Below, in pieces: positions 21,438 through 28,309 of a DNA stretch of 40,670 nucleotides. Below the pieces are notes generated by a model, which was not told where the DNA came from, did not search any database, and saw only the letters and a program-made list of their open reading frames with translations. The stretch lies in NCBI GenBank assembly GCA_046726875.1, contig JBKPBJ010000029.1:1-40670 (forward strand), read 5' to 3'. Within the stretch, counting starts at the first letter, position 1; every line of letters starts with the position of its first letter. A program made the translations under genes and the position numbers. The DNA is from Verrucomicrobiota bacterium (GTDB taxonomy: Bacteria; Verrucomicrobiota; Verrucomicrobiia; Chthoniobacterales; UBA10450).

Positions 21438-21513
21438 TGTAGCGACCGGCCTGTGGCCGGTCATCATCGCACGCATTTTTGATGGACAACGGCCCGCAGG
21501 GCCGTGGCTACAG
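21438..21513. repeat. REPIN-like doublet of GTAG-hairpin units (family C, locus C3)
   Basis: Plus strand: GTAGCGACCGGCCtgtGGCCGGTC (21439-21462). Minus strand: GTAGCCACGGCCCtgcGGGCCGT (21512-21490). Outer TGTAGC/GCTACA inverted repeat. Confidence 0.75.
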
Positions 21514-21519
21514 TCTGTT

Positions 21520-21822
21520 TCAGATCCGCTGCTCTTCCAGATCGTACACGTCGAACCAGTGATACACCACCCGGTTGCGCGGGACGAACTTCCGGATGTA
21601 GTCTTCCATGAACTCCTGGATCTCGTGCGGCAGATCGCTTAGGCGCAAATCGCGTTCCTTGTTGTTCCAGGCAACTATTTCGGCGCGCGGACGTTTTTTC
21701 GCGTGCTCACCAATCTACTCCGCGATCTCTTCGTCGGTTGCGCTGGTGGCGACGAAGGATCGGAAATCGCTGTAATCAATCTTTTTTCTCCTTCGCAGTA
21801 ATTCAGTGTTACATCCGGCTAC
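21520..21822 (-). pseudogene. interrupted ORF of unknown family (in-frame TAG, no canonical start)
   Basis: The minus frame is open from 21822 to the TGA at 21522..21520, except for an in-frame TAG at 21717..21715. It reads ...IDYSDFRSFVATSATDEEIAE*IGEHAKKRPRAEIVAWNNKERDLRLSDLPHEIQEFMEDYIRKFVPRNRVVYHWFDVYDLEEQRI. AAGGAG (21793..21788) lies 7 nt before an ATT codon (21780). There is no in-frame ATG/GTG/TTG start. Confidence 0.35.
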
Positions 21823-22177
21823 TCAGCCACGCGAAGACGGTTGGGCTACGCTCCTGTCGTTCCCCATAGTCGTCACCTGTGGGCCTTCTCGCTCATGCAA
21901 GAATTTGGTTGGAGAGCGCACCGGCCTCGCATGCTCTTTGCGGCGCCGCGCCGCAAAGTCTTCCTCCCCCCTTGGAAGAGTCCGGTAACCCACCGGAGTC
22001 AGCATGCGGGCCATGTGTGCTCCCCAAATTGTTCATCCTGCGCGCAAGCGCTGGTATCGATTTCCTTTATGTGCCCGAGGAGGAATTTCACGATGGTTGG
22101 CACGTGCTGTAAGTTCGAATCGAACTGGACGGGCGGCCTCAGCCGCTACGTCGCTGCCATTTTCGCCGCGTAAGCTG

Positions 22178-22201
22178 GTAGGATCGGCGCGCTCCGCCGA
22201 C
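22178..22201 (+). repeat. single GTAG-hairpin unit (family C, locus C2)
   Basis: GTAGGATCGGCGCGCTCCGCCGAC differs at 2 of 24 positions from the unit GTAGGGTCGGCGCGCTGCGCCGAC at 25678-25701. Confidence 0.7.
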
Positions 22202-22329
22202 TGCCGAAACCTTTCTGGACAGCGGGGCTTTCCTGCTCCTGCGGCCATTGCTCGTATATGTCCTTTCGATGGACCTTGCTAGTTTTCGCCAATATGCCGC
22301 TACGAGTGCTTCCTCGCTCGGAAAATTTC

Positions 22330-22791
22330 TCATGGTGCAGCTGCCTCGTTCTCAACCAGCCGTTTGAAATTGTGCAGATACTCTTCGATTCTCCGCGACA
22401 GATTGGGCGGATCGAAGATCGAACGGATCTTCAACGTTACTTCCGTTTCCTGCTGCGAACGTGGTTCGAAGGAGACCACGCCGGACATGAAGCCGTTTGA
22501 GATGGTTCGCCACGCGATTCGGCGACCAGGAATTTGAAGCACGATCTGAAACGTCCCTTGTTGGTCCTCGCCGTTCGGATGCCAGACGTACGAAAAATGC
22601 GTATCATCAATTCTTCGCACCTCGCGAAGCGACGTGATGAATTTTGGCAGGTTCTCAACGCGGGACCACTGTTCATACACGCAGGCAATGGGCGCCTTCA
22701 CAACTACGCATTGTTGAGCGGCGTTTATCGTCGGCTGGGCGGCAGGCGCATAATTCATCGCCTGCGAACTATCAGACAGAGAACCGTGCAT
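22330..22791 (-). CDS. SRPBCC superfamily protein (polyketide cyclase/dehydrase-like)
   Basis: Core VVVKAPIACVYEQWSRVENLPKFITSLREVRRIDDTHFSYVWH...RIAWRT...GVVSFEP is typical of cyclase/dehydrase SRPBCC proteins. The start may be the internal Met at 22758. Confidence 0.7.
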   Translation of the reverse strand: MHGSLSDSSQAMNYAPAAQPTINAAQQCVVVKAPIACVYEQWSRVENLPKFITSLREVRRIDDTHFSYVWHPNGEDQQGTFQIVLQIPGRRIAWRTISNGFMSGVVSFEPRSQQETEVTLKIRSIFDPPNLSRRIEEYLHNFKRLVENEAAAP

Positions 22792-23103
22792 ACTGATCCC
22801 TCGAAAAAGCCCAGTTCCATCCGTCCGTGAAGTTAAACAGAGCCATGTTAAGCACGAGCATCGGATCGTGACGCCGCGAGGGACGCCGAAAAATCGTCCT
22901 CAGAACTCGCCTGGACTTGCTCTGAAATTGTTTGGTTTCCATTTCTGCTAATTTCGTTTCGTCTAAAGCTAGGCAAGCAGGGGACACGCGACCACGAGGC
23001 GGTTGGAGGATTTTTCGATACTCCCCAAGGGAGAGCCGATTACACCTCTTTCGAGGGAGCAAACAAAAGTGGCGCGGCGGTGCTGGATTGTTAGACTTCT
23101 CTC

Positions 23104-25653
23104 ATGCGCACTCGCGCAGAATCCGGCTCGACGGACGTAAATCCACCCCCTGGCAGTCTCGATCTGCGCGTGCCGCGAATCGGCAGTCGCAAATCTGCAA
23201 TCCGTAATCTGCAAGACTCTTGTCCGACAGCCGACGAAGGCGAAAGCGCAGCCAAATACCTGTTTAAGTTATCCCACGACGTGATCCTTTCGCTGGATCG
23301 CGTCGGAAATATTCTCTGCATCAATCAGCGCGGCGTTCAACTGAGCGGCTATTCAGAATCGGAATTGCGCGGCTCGAATATTTTTGAGCTTCTGCTTCTC
23401 GCTGAAGACCGACCGTTTGCTCGTGAACTCCTCGCACATCTGCTGCAGGGCAAAACGCGGCAATATCAAATCCGCTGGAGAACGAAAGATGGCGCCATCA
23501 TCTATTTCGACGGCGCATCGGTTCCCCGCCTTTCAGAGAGTGGAGAATTTTTGTCTACGCTCTGCACGCTGCGGGATGTAACGGAGCGCAAATCCACAGA
23601 AGAAAAATTGCGCAAGAGCGAAGAAAAATATCGGGACCTGATCGAGATTTCCCCCGATGCGATCTACGTCGTTGACTCTGCCGGCATCTGTGTTTTGGGA
23701 AACCGCGCGGGCGCTGAGCTGGCTGGAATTCCCGAGGACCAATTGATCGGCATGCCTGTCACCGATACCTATCTGCCGGAAGAACGCCACCTGTTTCGAG
23801 AGAGGCTCGAGAAACTAAAGACGGGACACACGATACGATTCGAGAGAAAATTTGTACGGAAAAACGGGGAGATCGTTCCCGTGGAAGTTTCAGTGTCGGC
23901 GATTCGCGGCGGATATTTGCAGGCGATCCTGCGTGATATTAGCGAGCGGAAGAAAGCGGAAGCCTTGCTCACGGCAGAGAAGCGAGTTCTCGAGATGATC
24001 GCCACCGGTATTCCGCTGAAAGAGATCCTAAACGCATTGTGCGTGTTTATAGAAGAGCAGCGTAGCGGCACGCTTGCTTCGGTCTTGCTGCTGAATCGCG
24101 ATGGCCTCCATCTGGATTGCATCGCAGGACCAAGTCTCCCGAAACAATGGATGCAGCAGATGGAAATTCTGCCGATCGGACCGTGTGCCGGCTCCTGCGG
24201 TACCGCGGCTTATCGGGGATCGCAGGTCATTGTTTCCAACATCGCCACAGACCCGCTTTGGAACGTTCCGGAGCATCGCACTTCGGCACTGAAACATGGG
24301 CTGCGTGCTTCCTGGTCGAATCCGGTACTCTCTTCCAACGGAAAAGTTTTGGGGACGTTCTGCATGTACTATCGCGAAGCGCGAAGCCCCACGGCGACAG
24401 ACCTTGGGTTGATCGAGTTGGCCACGTACCTGGTCCGCGTTGCCATTGAACGTGATCGTGCTGAGGAAGCTCTGCGCGCTTCCGAGCAAGTTGCCCGTGG
24501 CCAGGCGGAAGCATTGACCTACAGCTTGGATGTGCTCGCGACTGCGCCCGCGCCAGACAAGTTCCTCGGGCAAATGCTGAGCACGATTGGCCGCCTGTTG
24601 GACGCGCAAAGTGTGATTCTTTGGCTGCTAGACGAATCGAATGACTCGCTCGTGTTACGCGCCTGGGCGGAGGGCACAAACTTCGCCAAACTCGATCCGG
24701 AGCATCCATTTATCAAGAATCCGTCATCGTGGAAGGAAGATCCCGGGCTTCGTGAACTGTTTTTTGCCGGAGTGCCGGTCGTTTGCGAAGATGTGGAACA
24801 TGATCCCTATACGTCCAGCGAACTCCGCGAGTATTTGAAATCTGGAGGAACAAAGAAGTTCCTGAGAATTCCAACGCTGGTGGGCGGTCAGGTAAAAGGA
24901 TTCATTGGAATTCGTCATGGCGAGACGCCGCCTTATCGGCCGGAAGAAATCGAACTGGCACAGGCACTCGCACACCAGGCGATGCTCGCAATTCAACTCA
25001 ATGAGTCCGCCGAACGCAGCCGGCAGACAGCCATTTTGGAAGAAAGAAATCGGATGGCGCGAGACATTCACGATACGCTCGCGCAAGGGTTTACTGGCGT
25101 AATTGTGCAGTTGGAAGCGGTGGAGGATGCCATCGCGTGCTGCCGGCGCAAGGAAGCGAACAAGCATTTGCAACGCGCCGCCGAACTGGCGCGGCACAGT
25201 TTGAACGAAGCGCGCCGATCTGTCCACGCGTTGCGGCCCCAAGCTTTACAAGGCCGTAACTTCTGGGAAGCGCTAAAAGGAATTATCAAGAACACAACTG
25301 CCGGAACGGCGCTTCATACCACTTTCACTCTTCGCGGCAAAACGCGCCATCTGCCGTTGGTCTGGCAGGAAAATCTCCTGCGCATCGGACAGGAAGCGTT
25401 GACGAATTCGCTCAAGTACGCGCACCCGCGCAATTTTGAGACCAGCCTGACGTTCAATTCAAAAGAACTCCGCCTCGTGCTTCGTGACGACGGCGACGGG
25501 TTCAAAGTCAAAGAGCGACATGATGGCTTCGGTTTAGCCGGCATGCGCGAGCGCGTCGAACAAATGGGCGGGACACTGAAAATCAGTAGCGCGCGGGGCA
25601 AAGGTACAAAGGTACTCGTTACCTTGCCCTATAACGGCGAATCGATGTCGTGA
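23104..25653 (+). CDS. soluble sensor histidine kinase, PAS-PAS-GAF-GAF-HisKA_3-HATPase
   Basis: Two PAS-like modules each end in a DVTERK / DISERKKAE boundary. There are two GAF-like regions. The H-box is ERNRMARDIHDTLAQGF (HisKA_3 type), followed by a C-terminal HATPase (DDGDGF, GLAGMRERV). No TM segment seen. The start is uncertain (see findings). Confidence 0.85.
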   Translation: MRTRAESGSTDVNPPPGSLDLRVPRIGSRKSAIRNLQDSCPTADEGESAAKYLFKLSHDVILSLDRVGNILCINQRGVQLSGYSESELRGSNIFELLLLAEDRPFARELLAHLLQGKTRQYQIRWRTKDGAIIYFDGASVPRLSESGEFLSTLCTLRDVTERKSTEEKLRKSEEKYRDLIEISPDAIYVVDSAGICVLGNRAGAELAGIPEDQLIGMPVTDTYLPEERHLFRERLEKLKTGHTIRFERKFVRKNGEIVPVEVSVSAIRGGYLQAILRDISERKKAEALLTAEKRVLEMIATGIPLKEILNALCVFIEEQRSGTLASVLLLNRDGLHLDCIAGPSLPKQWMQQMEILPIGPCAGSCGTAAYRGSQVIVSNIATDPLWNVPEHRTSALKHGLRASWSNPVLSSNGKVLGTFCMYYREARSPTATDLGLIELATYLVRVAIERDRAEEALRASEQVARGQAEALTYSLDVLATAPAPDKFLGQMLSTIGRLLDAQSVILWLLDESNDSLVLRAWAEGTNFAKLDPEHPFIKNPSSWKEDPGLRELFFAGVPVVCEDVEHDPYTSSELREYLKSGGTKKFLRIPTLVGGQVKGFIGIRHGETPPYRPEEIELAQALAHQAMLAIQLNESAERSRQTAILEERNRMARDIHDTLAQGFTGVIVQLEAVEDAIACCRRKEANKHLQRAAELARHSLNEARRSVHALRPQALQGRNFWEALKGIIKNTTAGTALHTTFTLRGKTRHLPLVWQENLLRIGQEALTNSLKYAHPRNFETSLTFNSKELRLVLRDDGDGFKVKERHDGFGLAGMRERVEQMGGTLKISSARGKGTKVLVTLPYNGESMS
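23178..23219. repeat. 7-nt tandem repeat array inside the annotated 5' end of the kinase ORF
   Basis: AATCGGC AGTCGCA AATCTGC AATCCGT AATCTGC AAGACTC. Same word family as 16597-16631. Confidence 0.7.
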
Positions 25654-26363
25654 AGGCGAAAAGGAAATCTGCACGTGGTAGGGTCGGCGCGCTGCGCCGA
25701 CCGGACGCCACAGCGCGGCGTCCCTACCAGAGTACGCGGAAAACATCACGCATCGGCGTTCTGATCGCGGATGATCACAGTGTTGTGCGCGAAGGTCTGG
25801 TGTCACTTATTCGGCGCAAGCCGGACATGCTCGTTGTCGCCGAAGCGGGCAATGGGCGCGAGGCAGTCGATCTTTGGAAACAGCACCGCCCCGATGTGAC
25901 GCTACTCGATTTGCGAATGCCCGAGCTCGATGGCGTTGGTGCGATCAAAGAAATCCGGCAGCAAGACGAGAACGCGCGCATCGTGGTGTTGACGACTTTT
26001 GATGGCGATGAAGATATCTATCGCGCCATCCAGGCCGGAGCCAAAGGCTATCTGCTCAAGGATGTGCCTCGCGAGGCATTAATGGATTGCATCCGCCGCG
26101 TGCACGCCGGCGAAACGTGTGTTCCGGTGCATCTCGCTGCGAAGTTGGCCGAGCGAGTCAGCGGCGAAACTCTGAGCGCGCGCGAGCTCGACGTGCTCAA
26201 GCTGATGGCACAGGGAAAAAGCAACAAGGAGATCGGCTCGGCACTTTTCATCAGTGAAGGCACCGTGAAATCGCACGTGAAAGCCATTTTCGCGAAGATG
26301 AACGTCGTCAGCCGCACCGAAGCCGTCGCCACCGCAACACGACGCGGTCTGATTCAACTATAG
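25650..26363 (+). CDS. NarL/FixJ-family response regulator (receiver + LuxR-type HTH)
   Basis: Receiver VLIADDHSVVREGL...DVTLLDLRMPELDG, and HTH LSARELDVLKLMAQGKSNKEIGSALFISEGTVKSHV. GTG 25650 overlaps the kinase stop (GTGA). The first ~30 codons are encoded by repeat C1. Confidence 0.85.
   Translation: MKAKRKSARGRVGALRRPDATARRPYQSTRKTSRIGVLIADDHSVVREGLVSLIRRKPDMLVVAEAGNGREAVDLWKQHRPDVTLLDLRMPELDGVGAIKEIRQQDENARIVVLTTFDGDEDIYRAIQAGAKGYLLKDVPREALMDCIRRVHAGETCVPVHLAAKLAERVSGETLSARELDVLKLMAQGKSNKEIGSALFISEGTVKSHVKAIFAKMNVVSRTEAVATATRRGLIQL
25678..25727. repeat. REPIN-like doublet of GTAG-hairpin units (family C, locus C1)
   Basis: Plus strand: GTAGGGTCGGCGcgctgCGCCGACC (25678-25702). Minus strand: GTAGGGACGCCgcgctgtGGCGTCC (25727-25703). 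The outer GTAGGG/CCCTAC can pair, giving a three-way junction. Confidence 0.8.
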
Positions 26364-26395
26364 CCAGGAATACGCGCGAGAAGCGAATCGCAGGA

Positions 26396-26489
26396 AAGCG
26401 CGCAGCTGCGCCGCACTCCAAACGTAGCCGCGAATTCAGCGTACTTAGTTCGCTCGCGTTTTGGAGTGGACCGGTGCTCCGGCGTTTTT
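26396..26489. repeat. inverted pair of TTGGAGTG-box hairpin units (family B, locus B3)
   Basis: Minus strand: ACGTTTGGAGTGCGGCGCAGCTGCGCGCTTTCC (26396-26423 region). Plus strand: GTTTTGGAGTGGACCGGTGCTCCGGCGTTTTTCGC (26457-26489). The plus unit lies about 95 nt after the regulator stop and may terminate that operon. Confidence 0.75.
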
Positions 26490-26770
26490 CGCTCGCTCAG
26501 GCGTTCCAGCTTTCCGCCTCCGGTTGATCTTACAGTCTGGCATAGATGTAACTGGTGATAATGTTGCATCCCGACGAGCCAGGCTCACTCGCTGACACGA
26601 GCTTGTTCAACCGACACGGCTGCCTCTACAGGCAGGCGCGACGCCATTCGACATTCGTCATTTTCAATCCCTCTTCCAAAGGAGGGAGCGCGTGTCGACT
26701 CCTACGTAGCACCGCAAAATCTTACTGACGCGCACTCGTAGCGAAGCTGGGCGGCTACGAGCTTAATGGC

Positions 26771-27706
26771 ATGAAAACGACGAAATTACTCAGTTTAGCA
26801 GGGATCACTCTCCTTGCCTTGAGCCAGCCAGCATGGGCAGCTCCTCATGGTGGCGGAGGCGGGTTTGCTGGGGGCCACTTTGGTGGCGGCGGCTCCAGCC
26901 GCGGTCATTTCGGTGGCTTTGCCGGTGGAGGCTCAGGCGCGGCGCCAGCTTTGTCCCGAGGCGGAGCACGCTTCAGCGGCAGAAGCTTCGGCGCAATAAG
27001 CCGCGCACCGCGATCTTACCACGGGGCTACGCGCATGCCTGCGGTCAGGCCGCAGAGCTCCATCGGCTCAACAAGCCGATCGATAAGTTCGTCTGCCGGC
27101 AGGAGTGCAGCGATCAATCGTCAACAAAATCGGGCGAGCTCGATAGTAGGCCGGAGTCGGTTTTCAAATCCACGGACATCGATGACCGCAAACCGGCTGA
27201 CCGCGGCAAATCGCCAGTCATTCATCAAGAACCATGCATCCGTGCGTCATGACGCGAACTGGCACCGCGACTGGAATCGGCACCATGCGCATTTCCACAA
27301 TGGAAACGTCTTCGTCTTTATCAATGGCTTCTGGTGGGGACTAGATCCGGGCTTTTATCCGTTCGGCTCCTATGCTTATTACAGTTCCTATCCCTGGGAT
27401 TATTACTCGTATCCGTATGATTATAGCTACGACCACGACGGCTATCCGTATGACGGCTATGACTACTACTACGGCTCTTCGCCGTATAGCTACTATAATG
27501 GCTATGCGCCTTCAGGCCAGTACAGCAACGGAGTCGTCAGCGCAGTCCAGTCGAAGCTGGCCAGCCTGGGATATTACCACGGCCTAGTCGACGGCATTCT
27601 CGGGGACCAAACCGAGGCCGCCCTCGCCCGATATCAACAAGAGCAGGACCTGAGCGTGACAGGGACAGTTACCGCAGCTACTCTGCACGCCCTCGGCTTG
27701 TCCTAG
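26771..27706 (+). CDS. secreted low-complexity protein with C-terminal peptidoglycan-binding (PG_binding_1-like) domain
   Basis: Signal peptide LLALSQPAWA/AP, GGGGFAGGHFGGGG repeats, an Arg/Ser/Asn-rich stretch and a Tyr/Asp/Pro-rich stretch. The C-terminus VVSAVQSKLASLGYYHGLVDGILGDQTEAALARYQQEQDLSVTGTVTAATLHALGL matches the PG-binding fold pattern. Confidence 0.75.
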   Translation: MKTTKLLSLAGITLLALSQPAWAAPHGGGGGFAGGHFGGGGSSRGHFGGFAGGGSGAAPALSRGGARFSGRSFGAISRAPRSYHGATRMPAVRPQSSIGSTSRSISSSAGRSAAINRQQNRASSIVGRSRFSNPRTSMTANRLTAANRQSFIKNHASVRHDANWHRDWNRHHAHFHNGNVFVFINGFWWGLDPGFYPFGSYAYYSSYPWDYYSYPYDYSYDHDGYPYDGYDYYYGSSPYSYYNGYAPSGQYSNGVVSAVQSKLASLGYYHGLVDGILGDQTEAALARYQQEQDLSVTGTVTAATLHALGLS

Positions 27707-27835
27707 GCACATTCTAAAGTCTGCTTCTGCGGAAGCAGGCAATCGCTCGAAGCGATCGCCTGCGGCGTGTACATCGCTGCCGCGTGACGACTCAGGCCGA
27801 GCAACCCTTGGCCCGGCGGGCGAGTTGTGGTCGCG

Positions 27836-28309
27836 CTACCCTTGTTGCGCAGCTTCTTTTTTCGGCTGGCGCTTTAGCAACGTGATTTGCTTGATGCGCG
27901 CGGAATCGGACGGACTCCACGTCGCAACTTCCGGATCGTCTTTGAAAGCGTTGTGGACGAGACGCCGTTCATAAGAATTCATCGGCTCGAGCTGGAGCGA
28001 ACGGCCGGTGATGCGCACCCGCTCGGCCAGCTCGCGCACGCGATGGACGATGCGATCTTCGCGCATGGAGCGATAATGTTCGCAATCGACGATGACTTTT
28101 TCGGCGTTTTTGTCTCTGGCCTGCAGCAAACGATTGAGCAAAAACTGAATAGCTTCGAGCGTCTCTCCGTTGCGTCCGATGAGCCGCCGGCTTTCCTCGG
28201 TGTAAATCTGCAGCGTCGGGTTGCCACCTTCGTTGGTGGTCTCTTCGATTTGCACCACGAAGCCGAGGTACCCAAGCATGGTGTCCAGCAGATCTTTTGG
28301 CGTCATCAT
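27836..28309 (-). CDS. jag: Jag/KhpB-like RNA-binding protein (KH + R3H domains)
   Basis: R3H motif LEPMNSYERRLVHNAFKD. The start ATG 28309 overlaps the yidC stop (ATGA). The ORF-track extension to 28573 lies inside yidC. Confidence 0.8.
   Translation of the reverse strand: MMTPKDLLDTMLGYLGFVVQIEETTNEGGNPTLQIYTEESRRLIGRNGETLEAIQFLLNRLLQARDKNAEKVIVDCEHYRSMREDRIVHRVRELAERVRITGRSLQLEPMNSYERRLVHNAFKDDPEVATWSPSDSARIKQITLLKRQPKKEAAQQG

Noticed and set aside
21823-22329. tmRNA, RNase P RNA or SRP RNA in the ORF-poor segment
   Set aside because: A frame ending ...VAAIFAA-TAA (stop 22171-22173) and a GTTCGAATCGAAC word suggested tmRNA, and GGAAGAGTCCGG suggested the RNase P CR-I box. However, neither strand has a T-arm plus acceptor end (GGTTCGAxTCC...CCA). 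There is no ACAGAAxCCGGCTTA-type CR-IV downstream and no GTCCGGAAGGAAGCAGC SRP motif. The matches are too partial to call.
22772-23062. 96-aa minus-strand ORF between the SRPBCC gene and the kinase
   Set aside because: It overlaps the SRPBCC start, has no ribosome-binding signal or recognisable motif, and has an Arg-rich composition. It probably lies in non-coding divergent promoter DNA.
26538-26575. sigma-54 promoter (TGGCAT ... TTGCAT)
   Set aside because: The two boxes are about 20 nt apart instead of the required 4-5 nt spacing between the GG and GC elements.
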